A DNA stretch of 60,354 bases, from positions 1 through 60,354 of the forward strand of contig JANQJB010000068.1 in NCBI GenBank assembly GCA_028281865.1. Reading direction: 5' to 3'. The DNA comes from Marinagarivorans sp. GTDB taxonomy: Bacteria; Pseudomonadota; Gammaproteobacteria; Pseudomonadales; Cellvibrionaceae. Positions 9,386-19,589 of this stretch are shown here, one piece after another (the stretch's first letter is position 1; every line of letters begins with the position of its first letter). The notes below the pieces were generated by a model that was not told the DNA's origin, did not search any database, and saw only the letters and a list, made by a program, of their open reading frames with translations. The position numbers and the translations under genes were made by a program.

Positions 9386-9816
9386 TTCGCTCCTATCTCT
9401 AACGCACGTAGAGTCATAGCGCGTGCGGCGTTAATCACTTTGACATTAGCTTCGTACGCTCTTTTAGACTTCATTAAAGTCACCATTTCAGTAACGGGAT
9501 TAATATCGGGGAATGCAACAAAACCCGACTCATTAGCATCTGGGTGAGACGGATCGAACACCAGATTAGGTTCGCCCTCAACTTGTTGAATATCAACAAT
9601 TTCGACTCCCCCAATTGAGCGTTTAACAGAGTCAAAAAGCAATGAAAAATCAGTGTTAATTTTTTCACCGACAACAACCTTTAAAGGTTTGTAAACTCCG
9701 CCTTCAGCTGTTCGCGTGGTATTAACATTAGCCAAATTCAACGCAACAATATCAAGCGTATGTCTTTGAACATCCATACCAGAAGCAGCAATTTCAAATG
9801 CAGAAAAATAATTCAT
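9382..9816 (-). CDS. flgC: Proximal rod protein FlgC
   Basis: 144 aa. MNYFSAFEIAASGMDVQRHTLDIVALNLANVNTTRT and C-terminal VTEMVTLMKSKRAYEANVKVINAARAM. 4-bp overlap with fliE. Confidence 0.9.
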   Translation of the reverse strand: MNYFSAFEIAASGMDVQRHTLDIVALNLANVNTTRTAEGGVYKPLKVVVGEKINTDFSLLFDSVKRSIGGVEIVDIQQVEGEPNLVFDPSHPDANESGFVAFPDINPVTEMVTLMKSKRAYEANVKVINAARAMTLRALEIGAN

Positions 9817-9819
9817 GAC

Positions 9820-10209
9820 TTATCCTCGCGCACCGTCAATGGCCATTCTTATAATTGCTCCGCGCTTTGAGTTCGCCTCTAGCAAAGCGCGGTAATGAAG
9901 CGTGTTTTGCGTTAAGCGAATCATTTCTTGATCCAGCTGAACCTCAGCATCAGCGCGTGGCGAAATATACGTTTTTTCAGTTAAATTTAATTTAAGTTCG
10001 TCGAAGTCCTGCCTAAAAGCTGTCTCGTTTAACGAGCCGTTATCCATGTATTTTGCTAGTTCTCGTTCGAAACTGAGTTTTTTTGCCGCGAAGCCCGGGG
10101 TGTCTGCATTGGCGACATTGTGGGCAATAACCTCATGGCGAAGTAGCGCCGCATCCAGCGCTAAACTCACTAATTTTGATGTCACTCCACCCAAATCATC
10201 TATTGTCAT
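9820..10209 (-). CDS. flgB: Proximal rod protein FlgB
   Basis: 129 aa. Rod N-motif LRHEVIAHNVANADTPGF and C-terminal MIRLTQNTLHYRALLE. Confidence 0.85.
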   Translation of the reverse strand: MTIDDLGGVTSKLVSLALDAALLRHEVIAHNVANADTPGFAAKKLSFERELAKYMDNGSLNETAFRQDFDELKLNLTEKTYISPRADAEVQLDQEMIRLTQNTLHYRALLEANSKRGAIIRMAIDGARG

Positions 10210-10243
10210 TTTTCACTCCTGTATTTTTATATACAAAACTCAT

Positions 10244-11422
10244 TTATTGAATAATTAATTCCGCATGTAACGCACCAGCGCGTTTAACACCTTGTAAAAT
10301 AGTAATAATGTCTCGACTCGATGCGCGTACTTTATTCAGCGCAGCAACTAATTCGGCAACCGTCGAATGATTAGGCAGCGATACAGCTATGCCCTGTTCC
10401 TCATCTATCGCGATATCCGTTTGAGGGATAACTTGCGTGCGCACACCTTCGCCAGTGCCAATCACAGAAAATGGCTGCGAAACGACGAATTCCGTGCTAA
10501 TGGCAACATTTAAATCGCCGTGAGTAATTGTGATTGGTGCGATCCTGACTTCGCCACCGGCAACAACCGTACCCGTTCTTTCATTCACCACAACGCGTGA
10601 TGGCCGATCAGGTACAACAAAAGTATTTTCGATTTTGGATATCAGAGGAACGAGATTCTTTTGTCGGGAGTTATGCGAAGCTCCGAGCGAAATCTTCACA
10701 CGTGCAGCATCTACTGCCCAAGCATTATCGGGACCGACCAAGGCTTGTAATGCTTTAGCAATACGATCGGCAGTAGCAAAATCTGGTTCGTAAAGATAAT
10801 ATTCGATCGTGTTGTCGGCACCGACCAAATCAATATCAAGACGACGTTCCACCATAGCACCGCCTGCTATGTGTGCGGCTGTTGGATGATTTTTTTGCGT
10901 AATATTACCGTTGAGATCATAGCTATAACCGCCAACGGAAACGGGCCCCTGCGCTAACGCGTAGATCTTCTGATCCGCTCCAAGCAGATGCGTCAATAAT
11001 AGTGTTCCACCCACCAAACTTCTCGCATCTCCCATCGAAGTAACATTGACATCCACTTTATTGCCAATCTGCACATAGGCAGGTAGCGTTGCTGTTACCA
11101 TTACTGTTGCTGCGTTGCGACTTCGCATTTCATCTAGCGGTACATTAACGCCAAATTTCTGCAAAATATTTTTAACCGATTGCAGCGTCGCAAGGCTGCG
11201 ACTCGAATCTCCCGTTCCTGCGAGACCCGTTACGATGCCATAGCCAACGAGGGAATTTTCTTTCGCACTGGAGATACGCGATAAATCTTTAATTTTCACA
11301 CCGACGCCTGCCGACTCTGCGTAGGCATTACTCGATAACAGCACACACAACAAAAGTGTCGCAACAAAATGAAAATATATTTTCAATGCAAGAAAATGAT
11401 ATCGGATCATTAGAATACCCAA
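10244..11422 (-). CDS. flgI: Flagellar P-ring protein FlgI
   Basis: 392 aa. Signal peptide, then VKIKDLSRISSAKENSLVGYGIVTGLAGTGD and FlgI-typical sequence throughout. Confidence 0.9.
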   Translation of the reverse strand: MGILMIRYHFLALKIYFHFVATLLLCVLLSSNAYAESAGVGVKIKDLSRISSAKENSLVGYGIVTGLAGTGDSSRSLATLQSVKNILQKFGVNVPLDEMRSRNAATVMVTATLPAYVQIGNKVDVNVTSMGDARSLVGGTLLLTHLLGADQKIYALAQGPVSVGGYSYDLNGNITQKNHPTAAHIAGGAMVERRLDIDLVGADNTIEYYLYEPDFATADRIAKALQALVGPDNAWAVDAARVKISLGASHNSRQKNLVPLISKIENTFVVPDRPSRVVVNERTGTVVAGGEVRIAPITITHGDLNVAISTEFVVSQPFSVIGTGEGVRTQVIPQTDIAIDEEQGIAVSLPNHSTVAELVAALNKVRASSRDIITILQGVKRAGALHAELIIQ

Positions 11423-11979
11423 TTAACTACCCGTGTTAGAAAGCCTGGTTTTTGCCGTTTTCCGAGCAGGCCATCGCCCATATACGTAATCTTCGCATCT
11501 GCTACCCGAGTGGAGACAACAGTGTTCTCAGTACTGATATCCTCGGGTCTCACTCGCCCAGAAACGTGAATAAATTGCTTCTCATTATTAAACTCTATCA
11601 GCTGCTTTCCTTCGATTAGCATCTCCGCACTGTCTAATATTTCGCGGATCGTAACGGTAACACTCGCTATTAATTTTCCGGTTCTGCTAACGGTACCGCC
11701 ACCTTTAAATTTATTGTTAAATTCTAAGTTGCCGATTTCACTGCGACTCTTTTTGCCAGCACCGGCAGATAGGTCCATCGACTTATTCGTATCAGTCCCC
11801 GCCGATGTCGCTGCGGAAGCCTGCTCGTAAATCAATATCGTCAAACTTTCACCGACTTGATGTGAACGATGATCTTCCACTAGAGCACTATATTTCTTTT
11901 CATCAAACAAGGTCTGCGAAAAACCGGTCTGGGTCATCATTGCAATAAAAATGAGTAATATACCCATCACTCTTTTCAT
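11410..11979 (-). CDS. flgH: Flagellar L-ring lipoprotein FlgH
   Basis: 189 aa. Signal peptide, then SLTILIYEQASAATSAGTDTNKS...VTVTIREIL and C-terminal GKRQKPGFLTRVVNWVF, as in FlgH. Confidence 0.85.
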   Translation of the reverse strand: MKRVMGILLIFIAMMTQTGFSQTLFDEKKYSALVEDHRSHQVGESLTILIYEQASAATSAGTDTNKSMDLSAGAGKKSRSEIGNLEFNNKFKGGGTVSRTGKLIASVTVTIREILDSAEMLIEGKQLIEFNNEKQFIHVSGRVRPEDISTENTVVSTRVADAKITYMGDGLLGKRQKPGFLTRVVNWVF

Positions 11980-12026
11980 GCTACTGTCCTCTCTATCTTG
12001 TAATCATCTCTGGCTTTACAGCGGGT

Positions 12027-13040
12027 TTAATTAACAACGACTTTCCCCGGACCGACAACAACTGCATTATATTTAGCTGTACTACCGGTATTTTTAATTT
12101 CAACCGTGTCAAATTGATTCCCTTCAGCTAGCGCAATTCCGTTAATCGTCAATGAGACTCCTCCCGACTTTGCGAACACACTAACCTGTTGGCCGATGGA
12201 TACTAGCGGCACCGGTTCAATTATGTCAGTGGTTAACAGCTCTCCCCGGCGCAAGCTTTTGGTCACACGCATAGCTCGACTATTGCTAAACTTATCAAGT
12301 ACAAAAGATGCAGTGCCAGCTATGTTGACTCGCATTTTTTTAAAATTCTTCACATCAATTTCGCTGTAGCGTTTAATATCCTCAGTCGCAACCAATGCAT
12401 TTTGATAAACCTCAACTCGATACCAAATCGGAACAGTCTGATAATGTTCTCGATCGATTAACACGTCCACTAAAACACACATTTTCTCAGAAAGACGGTT
12501 TTTGATTTGTAATTGTGGTCGCAACGACACTAGTCCCTCTGGAACACTATAATCCTTGGCACCTTTAAAAAGAGACACCCTAAAGTCCCCGTGATCTTCG
12601 GATAACCATCGCTGCAAAAACTCTCCTGCCTGTTGTTCTAATTGTTTCGCAGAGAGTTCGATACCGCTTGAATAAACATTAACAATGTCGCTACCTCGCC
12701 ATTGAACGCTTTTGTATATTTCTGGAAACATCTTTTTAAAAGCAACTTTTAACTCAGCCTGAGTAACCAAATCAAGAAAACCGAAACGCTTTACTTTCCC
12801 GGCAATGTTTTCTGAAATTTGCGTTCGTTGATTCCGACCAAATCCATCAAAGCGCGCTAGATCGGCCCAACGATAATGCAATTGCTCCACATGAGCTTCC
12901 GAATTAAGCGTTATTACTTTGGGCTTTTGATTTGTATCAGATGCATAAGATTTAACAATGCAAACAGCACCCAGCAGGAGCAGTAGTACCGTCCGTAGCG
13001 ATATAAAAGATATTAAATATTTAGATAACACGCTTTTCAC
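12027..13040 (-). CDS. flgA: P-ring assembly chaperone FlgA-like, with an extended N-terminal domain
   Basis: 337 aa. Signal peptide. The C-terminal SAF-like domain ends GIALAEGNQFDTVEIKNTGSTAKYNAVVVGPGKVVV, as in FlgA. Located between flgH and flgG. Confidence 0.7.
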   Translation of the reverse strand: MKSVLSKYLISFISLRTVLLLLLGAVCIVKSYASDTNQKPKVITLNSEAHVEQLHYRWADLARFDGFGRNQRTQISENIAGKVKRFGFLDLVTQAELKVAFKKMFPEIYKSVQWRGSDIVNVYSSGIELSAKQLEQQAGEFLQRWLSEDHGDFRVSLFKGAKDYSVPEGLVSLRPQLQIKNRLSEKMCVLVDVLIDREHYQTVPIWYRVEVYQNALVATEDIKRYSEIDVKNFKKMRVNIAGTASFVLDKFSNSRAMRVTKSLRRGELLTTDIIEPVPLVSIGQQVSVFAKSGGVSLTINGIALAEGNQFDTVEIKNTGSTAKYNAVVVGPGKVVVN

Positions 13041-13837
13041 TAACGATTAAGCCCATTAATAATTTCCAAAATCTCATTGGATGTTTGCACTACCTTTGCG
13101 CCCATTTCGTAACCGCGCTGGGCTAACAGCAAATTCGTCATTTCGTTGACTAGCGCGACGTTTGAACCCTCCAGCGCTCCTTGCTGAATCCGACCAAAAC
13201 CATCTTCGCTAGGTGTTCCAGAAAAGCCATCACCCGAAATTTCGTTTGCCAAATAAATATTATCCCCCGAAGGTGTGAGTCCGGTTGGGTTCATAAATTT
13301 GACCAATTCCATTTGACCAATTTCAAACAGGTCATCTCGACCAACAACCTTCGCCATAAAACGACCATCCGCTTGAACAAGCAAGGATTCCATATCATCC
13401 GGAATCACTATGGCAGGCCTCAGCGGGTAGCCATCTGAATTAACAACAAGGCCATCTTCCCCAACCATTAAATTACCCACGCGTGTATAGGCCGATGAGC
13501 CGTCAGGCAATAAGACTTCGATAAAACCCTCTCCTTGAATCGCAACATCAAGAGGTCTATCAGTTAAGGTCATATCACCCTGAGCAAACTCCTTGCGAAT
13601 TAACCCTACTCCTGTCCCCAAACCTACAAATGACTGCGGCGCTTGCGCACCCATTAGATCTGTCGCCTCTCTAATTGCTATAGACATTAAGTCTTCAAAT
13701 TGGACAGTACTTTTTTTAAAGCCAGCAGTATTGACGTTAGCGAGATTATTCGCAATCACATCAATTTGCATCTGCTGGGCATGCATACCTGAAGCCGCAA
13801 TATTTAACGAATCTACCATTATTTTTCTCCCGTCCAA
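13040..13837 (-). CDS. flgG: Distal rod protein FlgG
   Basis: 265 aa. LNIAASGMHAQQMQIDVIANNLANVNTAGFKK and C-terminal GSNVALVNEMTNLLLAQRGYEMGAKVVQTSNEIL. Confidence 0.9.
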   Translation of the reverse strand: MDGRKIMVDSLNIAASGMHAQQMQIDVIANNLANVNTAGFKKSTVQFEDLMSIAIREATDLMGAQAPQSFVGLGTGVGLIRKEFAQGDMTLTDRPLDVAIQGEGFIEVLLPDGSSAYTRVGNLMVGEDGLVVNSDGYPLRPAIVIPDDMESLLVQADGRFMAKVVGRDDLFEIGQMELVKFMNPTGLTPSGDNIYLANEISGDGFSGTPSEDGFGRIQQGALEGSNVALVNEMTNLLLAQRGYEMGAKVVQTSNEILEIINGLNR

Positions 13838-13885
13838 AAATTTAACAAATATCTGTCAATCATTTAGTTTCTAGGTAAAAACTAA

Positions 13886-14647
13886 CTAAAAATCCGCAAT
13901 CGTCGATATCGCTTCACCGAGCATATCGTCATAACCTCGCATTAACCGTTGCGTCATCTCTAAATGTCTTACTGTCTTCATCATTAAAATCATCTCGTCC
14001 AATGGCTTAACATTGGAGTCTTCTACAAAACCTTGGCGCACGTTAATAGAACTCTCATCAAGCGCTTGTGTTTCCGCGCGTGACAAATATAAGCCTTCAC
14101 CAACTTTTTGAACTTTTGTTAAGTCCTTAACATTTACAATTTTCAGTTGCGCAATAAAGTTCTCACCATCCCAAATACGCCCTAGCGAATCGATTTTCGG
14201 TGTTTCACTAAGCAAACGTATTTCTCCACCCATTCCCTGCAAGGGATATTTTCCGCCAACAACCAGTCGCCCCATCGAATCCAATGTGAAAGAACCACCC
14301 CTAGAAACAGCTACACCATTATTTGTAGCAACTTCAAAAAAACCATCGCCTTCAATTGCCACATCGAGAGCTCTACCCGTTTGTTTTAAAGCCGCCGGAG
14401 AAAAGTCGGTCAAATGCCGAACGTTGGGTACATCTGATGCAATGCTTTGCTCACCGCTTATTCGCTCTAAAAGGTGTCCATGGTCAATAAAACCCGCATT
14501 TTTTAACATTGCCGAAAAATCAGAAACCAATACTCGATCGCGCTTAAAACTTTGCGTACCAAGATTCGCTACGTTATGGCTAATTGACTGCATAATTTTT
14601 AAATCATTTGACAAACTCAATTCACTTATCGATATCGCATCTGACAT
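13886..14647 (-). CDS. flgF: Proximal rod protein FlgF
   Basis: 253 aa. Rod-family N-motif ...SISHNVANLGTQSFKRD and C-terminal NVKPLDEMILMMKTVRHLEMTQRLM. Located downstream of flgG. Confidence 0.8.
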   Translation of the reverse strand: MSDAISISELSLSNDLKIMQSISHNVANLGTQSFKRDRVLVSDFSAMLKNAGFIDHGHLLERISGEQSIASDVPNVRHLTDFSPAALKQTGRALDVAIEGDGFFEVATNNGVAVSRGGSFTLDSMGRLVVGGKYPLQGMGGEIRLLSETPKIDSLGRIWDGENFIAQLKIVNVKDLTKVQKVGEGLYLSRAETQALDESSINVRQGFVEDSNVKPLDEMILMMKTVRHLEMTQRLMRGYDDMLGEAISTIADF

Positions 14648-14666
14648 AGTTTTCTCACATAAATAT

Positions 14667-14966
14667 TCAACTGTTTTTATCTCGTTTATAACTTTCGTGT
14701 AAATCGTATTTTTCTATCGCATCTAAACCATAAATATGTACTAAAAGTATGGCTACAACTTGAAACAGATCCTCACTGATCTCCGCGTAAAGCGGTAATT
14801 GAAAAAGTCGATCCAGTAATTCTCGATCTTCGATTAATCGCTTATCGCTCGCTCTTTGCCTCTCAGTTACAATCTCCTCGGCATACTTGCCCAGTTGCTT
14901 AACCACGATTTTAGGTGCGCCATCATCGGCTTCATATTTGATACCGACTAATTTCTTAAGCGACAC
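14667..14966 (-). CDS. Stand-alone FlhB C-terminal-domain homologue (FhlB/YlqH-like small protein)
   Basis: 99 aa. EEIVTERQRASDKRLIEDRELLDRLFQLPLYAEISEDLFQVVAILLVHIYGL parallels the cytoplasmic C-domain of FlhB/SctU. It lacks the TM region and the NPTH site. Confidence 0.65.
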   Translation of the reverse strand: MSLKKLVGIKYEADDGAPKIVVKQLGKYAEEIVTERQRASDKRLIEDRELLDRLFQLPLYAEISEDLFQVVAILLVHIYGLDAIEKYDLHESYKRDKNS

Positions 14967-14996
14967 AAAAGCCTCTCAAATCGCACACATTCATCT

Positions 14997-16325
14997 CTAC
15001 CAATAGCGGCTAAAACTGTCCAATTGCGCAGTATGATCGATCACTGCATTGACAACAGCTGCTGAGCTGGTGTTTATTCTTTTCTCGTGCCTCTCTTGGT
15101 TATCCTCGGACAGTTTGTCATATGTCACTTGATCTACTGCCCATCCGAATTCTTGCAATAGCTCTTCCAAATATTCTTGTCGTTCTGAAAAGCGGTTGGC
15201 TGTTTCAGCCTGTTCCAAATGCAAAGCCAAATTAATCCTGCGCTGCTGAACAGTCGCTTCGACCTCAACCTGTCCAAGATTTTCTAATTGCAGTGAAAAA
15301 ATGATTCGATTTAGTGGATATTTCTCTTCTTTGCCTTTTCCCTCTCGCTTATTTTCGGAAAAAACGGCTATATCTATTTCTACTAAACTATCTTGGTACA
15401 AAAAGGGAATGGACTGAAAGCTATGACGCATTTGACCCGAATTCTGTATATTCAATAACATCTCGGCCAGATTTAATCTTGGATCATAGTCACCCTCGTC
15501 ATATAAATCTGGCGGCTGATCTTCAGATAAACCTGAAACAATCGTTTTATCCGCGACATGGGAGTTACTTTTTGGGGAAACTTTGTTTTTTGAATTAAAG
15601 CGCGGATTTAATTCACTGAGCGCCTGATTGCGCGAACGAGCATAGTCACTTAAATAATTCGATAATATAGCCACAAACGATTTGTTGTCAGCTAACTGCC
15701 CTTCCGTGGACAAAACTTCCTCTGAAAGCCTCGAAAACGAAACCTCGGGAGGTTTAACAATACTATCTGGCGAAGATTTTTCTGAAGATAATCTCGCTAA
15801 TTGTTGATGCAAGGTCTTTAGCGTAGATTCGCGCAGAGGCAAATCTAACTTGCGCAGCATTACAGCAGTTTTCAGAAGCAACAAAGCGTCCATTTGACTC
15901 AATGGACGCATTAAATTTTCCATGGTTTTTAATTGGCTAGCATCAAGCTTAATTTGATATTGTTTAAAAAATTCCGATACAAAATTTTTGGAATTTTCTA
16001 AAGTCACCTCAGCATTGAACGTTGAAATCGCACTGTGTTGCTGATGAATACGTTTTAGAAAAACCCTGCTATCTTTTATTGCAGTTACACGGGTGTGTAC
16101 CGTTTCACCTTTAACAAGCGCCACCTCGCTATCGACCACCTGGTTGCGATCATTAAATTGAACGGTATAGCGACCAGGCTCGTCATGTTGACGAAGTACT
16201 TTTCCTTTAATAACTTGCCCAACTGTCAAGGTCGAAGCAAAATCACCGCTCTGAGGTAAAATTAGTGCATGGCCTAATTGCATCGTACCACTTTGCAACG
16301 CTGAAACGATTTCGGAGATATTCAC
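14997..16325 (-). CDS. FliK-like protein (Flg_hook C-terminal domain). Second hook-length-control candidate.
   Basis: 442 aa. The C-terminal segment LQLENLGQVEVEATVQQRRINLALHLEQAETANRFSERQEYLEELLQEFGWAVDQVTY matches the FliK C-domain pattern (L.L.P..LG.V.V.L...). It is adjacent to the FlhB-CTD-like gene, a common FliK pairing. Confidence 0.45.
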   Translation of the reverse strand: MNISEIVSALQSGTMQLGHALILPQSGDFASTLTVGQVIKGKVLRQHDEPGRYTVQFNDRNQVVDSEVALVKGETVHTRVTAIKDSRVFLKRIHQQHSAISTFNAEVTLENSKNFVSEFFKQYQIKLDASQLKTMENLMRPLSQMDALLLLKTAVMLRKLDLPLRESTLKTLHQQLARLSSEKSSPDSIVKPPEVSFSRLSEEVLSTEGQLADNKSFVAILSNYLSDYARSRNQALSELNPRFNSKNKVSPKSNSHVADKTIVSGLSEDQPPDLYDEGDYDPRLNLAEMLLNIQNSGQMRHSFQSIPFLYQDSLVEIDIAVFSENKREGKGKEEKYPLNRIIFSLQLENLGQVEVEATVQQRRINLALHLEQAETANRFSERQEYLEELLQEFGWAVDQVTYDKLSEDNQERHEKRINTSSAAVVNAVIDHTAQLDSFSRYW

Positions 16326-16326
16326 G

Positions 16327-18429
16327 CTAAATCACCTCCGCACGATCGTCGATCGCAACGACAGCATAGGGTTTCACATTGATATTTGACGGCACCTCTG
16401 CCATCGATAGCACAATTAAATCTGGAATCATGCGTTCAGTGAAGCGACGCAAATGCCTCCGCAATTCCGGTGCGCATAAAAGTACCGGAGACAGATTAGA
16501 ATTAAGCATTTTTTCCGCCGTTGCCGCAACGCGTGTTAAAACAGTTTCCGCATACTTAGGTTCAACTACAATCTGACTTTTTTCTCCTGGGCGAACACCT
16601 TTAGCCAGCGCCTGTTCTATTTGTTGATCGAGTAAAAACACAGTTAAATCGGATTCGTCAGCAACCAGCGACTGGCAGATAGACGGGCCCAGTGCTTGTC
16701 GTACCGACTCAGTCAAGATCTCTGGTTCTTTTATTTGTTTACCCGAATCCACCAGCACCTCAAGTATCGATTCCAAATTTCGAATGGAAACTTTTTCTTT
16801 TAGTAAGCTTTGCAATACCTTCTGTAGCGTGCTTAGAGAAATAACTGCCGGAATTAATTCCTCCACTAAATTTGGGTCAGTCTTTTTCACTCGTGTTATT
16901 AAGCGATCAGTCTCAGCGCGTGACAAGAGGTTGTGTGCTTGGTTGCGCACAGTTTCGCTAAGGTGAGTGAGTAATACATTGATCGGCTCGACTACGGTAT
17001 AACCTGCTTCCTTCGCTAACTGACTCTGATTTTCGGTAATCCACCAAGCGGGTAAACCATAGGTCGGATCTTCCGTCGGCAAGCCATCGAGCTCGCGAGT
17101 TACATCGCCTGGCTTAATCGCTAACACGCGATCCATTAAAATTTCACCATCGCCTATTTTCGCATCGTAAATACTAATTTCGTAAGCTTGCGGATTGAGT
17201 TTTTTATCATCTTTCGCGCGAACGCGTGGAATCACAAAACCCTTTTCAAGCGCATACTGCTTGCGCAAAGAAGCGATGCGACTCATGACCAAACTATCAT
17301 CACCGCTAAATAGCGGGATAAGCCCTTGCCCCACCTTAACTTCGAGAGGTTCCAAAGCCATGATGTCGTAAATATCTTCGTTATTTTCCTCTGCATCATC
17401 AGAATCGGCTGAAAGCTCCTCGGCCTGCCTGCGTTGTTTCGCTTTATATGCAAACCACAACAACCCACCAATCAAGCTTAAAAGTATCATTGCCGGAAAA
17501 GTCGGTATACCCGGGAGAACAGCAATTAAAAGTAATGACGCAGCAACAAGTAATAAAATTTTTGGGAAAGCTGTTACCTGGCGAGTAATTTCTTTACTAA
17601 GAAAGCCATCTGATGCGGCCCGCGTGACGATGATGCCGGTTCCAGTCGAGATAATCAGCGCAGGAATTTGAGTCACAATTCCGTCCCCAATAGTGAGCAA
17701 CGTATATGTCTGTAGTGCGTCACCCCATTCCATATCGCGTTGAGCTACACCAATCGTCAACCCCCCGATAATATCGATTAAAATGATGATAATACCTGCA
17801 ATCGCATCGCCTTTAACAAATTTACTGGCGCCGTCCATTGCGCCGTAAAAATTCGCTTCTTTTTCAATTTGCTTGCGACGCTCTTGAGCCTGTTTTTCAT
17901 CGATAAGCCCCATATTTAGGTCTGCGTCGATACTCATCTGCTTACCTGGCATACCGTCCAGAGTGAACCGCGCAGCAACTTCCGCGACCCGCTGCGCACC
18001 ATTGGTGACAACGACGTATTGCACAACGATTAACACAAGAAAGACGATTAAACCAATAACGTAATTACCGCCGACAACATGAGAGCCGATAGTTTCGATA
18101 ACTTGTCCGGCATCCGCATCAGCAAGAATCAGGCGCGTGGCAGCGATATTTAATGCGAGCCGAAACAGCGTAGCGATCAGCAATAATGAAGGAAACGTCG
18201 AAAACTGAAGCGGTTTTTCCACATAGAATGTCAGCAATAAAACCAAGAGTGCGAAATGGAAATTCGCCAATAGTAGAAAATCTAGAAGCCCCGCCGGAAT
18301 TGGCATAAATAAAATCAACAATATGCCAACGACGCCGAAAACCAAAATAAGATCGGATTGATTACCAAAAAATTGTCGCCAACGCGGAGTAGCAGCTATT
18401 TCAGGTTTAGTTTCAGCAGAAAAAGCCAT
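16327..18429 (-). CDS. flhA: Flagellar export gate protein FlhA
   Basis: 700 aa. Eight TM N-terminal region with FHFALLVLLLTFYVEKPLQFSTFPSLLLIATLFRLALNIAATRLIL and a large cytoplasmic domain. Confidence 0.95.
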   Translation of the reverse strand: MAFSAETKPEIAATPRWRQFFGNQSDLILVFGVVGILLILFMPIPAGLLDFLLLANFHFALLVLLLTFYVEKPLQFSTFPSLLLIATLFRLALNIAATRLILADADAGQVIETIGSHVVGGNYVIGLIVFLVLIVVQYVVVTNGAQRVAEVAARFTLDGMPGKQMSIDADLNMGLIDEKQAQERRKQIEKEANFYGAMDGASKFVKGDAIAGIIIILIDIIGGLTIGVAQRDMEWGDALQTYTLLTIGDGIVTQIPALIISTGTGIIVTRAASDGFLSKEITRQVTAFPKILLLVAASLLLIAVLPGIPTFPAMILLSLIGGLLWFAYKAKQRRQAEELSADSDDAEENNEDIYDIMALEPLEVKVGQGLIPLFSGDDSLVMSRIASLRKQYALEKGFVIPRVRAKDDKKLNPQAYEISIYDAKIGDGEILMDRVLAIKPGDVTRELDGLPTEDPTYGLPAWWITENQSQLAKEAGYTVVEPINVLLTHLSETVRNQAHNLLSRAETDRLITRVKKTDPNLVEELIPAVISLSTLQKVLQSLLKEKVSIRNLESILEVLVDSGKQIKEPEILTESVRQALGPSICQSLVADESDLTVFLLDQQIEQALAKGVRPGEKSQIVVEPKYAETVLTRVAATAEKMLNSNLSPVLLCAPELRRHLRRFTERMIPDLIVLSMAEVPSNINVKPYAVVAIDDRAEVI

Positions 18430-18434
18430 GGCCG

Positions 18435-19541
18435 TCAGCTTCCTTTACCTGTCGTTGCATATTTATGGCTCTGCTTTAGATAAACCCAAGCGAGAATTTT
18501 TGCCACTTCAGGAAATACGTTGTTTGGAACTGCATCATCAATCGCAGATTTTCGAAATAGCTCTCGTGCTAGGGGTTTATTTTCCACAACCATTATGTCG
18601 TGTTCATGCGCTAGTCGACGCATCTTTAACGCGACTTCTCCGGCTCCTTTAGCAGAAATAATTGGCGCAGCCATTTTTTCGCGATCGTATTTTAACGCAA
18701 TTGATAAATGAGTCGGGTTGGTAATCAGGACATCTGCACTGGAAACATTTTTCAGAGAGCCTGCTCGTTTGACCGCCTCTCGCTGCAACTCACGCAACTT
18801 GGCTCGAATTAACGGATCACCTTCACGACGCTTAACCTCTTCTTTTAATTCTCTGCGACTCATACGCATGCGTTTAGCAAAATCCCAACGCGTATAAGCC
18901 AAATCAAGCAAAGCAATAAATAGAACTGCAATTAATAAAACCCCGACCAACGAATAAATATGCGAGGTTAATACCAGTGGATAGGCATCGGGGCTAACAT
19001 TCAAAAGCATCAGTATATTCGGCAATAAGGTCTTAAGCGTAAAATAAATAACGGTGCCAAACAATAATAATTTAATTAGACTCTTGAGCGCTTCGAAGAG
19101 CATTTTTTTGGAAAATACTCGCTTAAAGCCTTGCACCGGGTTAAGGCGCTTAAAATCGGGTTTAATCGGGAAAAATGAAAAAATAGGTCCTGTCTGAATC
19201 ATATTCGCAGCAATGCCAGCCAATACAATTGCACCAAAAATGGGCCATAGAACGCTGGCAAGATGTCGAACCGTTCCGCGATACCAATACAGTGATGAGG
19301 TTTCTTCACCGTTAAATAGATGTGCACTGACCAAAATTTTAGTGAACAAATGCAGCAAACCCTGCGCTGCACTAGCGCCGATCAAGACAAATAAAGCCAA
19401 CCCAATAGCCAATATAACTAACGAGTTGACCTCCATACTTTTTGCAACCTGACCGCGTTTCTTCGCCTCTTTGAGCTTAAAAGGCGTCGCCGGTTCATTA
19501 CGGTCTTGCTCCTGCTGGTTTTCAGCCATTATGTCGCCCAA
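18435..19541 (-). CDS. flhB: Flagellar export switch protein FlhB
   Basis: 368 aa. Four TM segments and the NPTH autocleavage motif (ITNPTHLSIALKYD) in the C-domain. Confidence 0.9.
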   Translation of the reverse strand: MGDIMAENQQEQDRNEPATPFKLKEAKKRGQVAKSMEVNSLVILAIGLALFVLIGASAAQGLLHLFTKILVSAHLFNGEETSSLYWYRGTVRHLASVLWPIFGAIVLAGIAANMIQTGPIFSFFPIKPDFKRLNPVQGFKRVFSKKMLFEALKSLIKLLLFGTVIYFTLKTLLPNILMLLNVSPDAYPLVLTSHIYSLVGVLLIAVLFIALLDLAYTRWDFAKRMRMSRRELKEEVKRREGDPLIRAKLRELQREAVKRAGSLKNVSSADVLITNPTHLSIALKYDREKMAAPIISAKGAGEVALKMRRLAHEHDIMVVENKPLARELFRKSAIDDAVPNNVFPEVAKILAWVYLKQSHKYATTGKGS

Positions 19542-19589
19542 TCACCGATTACTAATGAGTCATAAAATCCAATTAATACCGATCGCACA

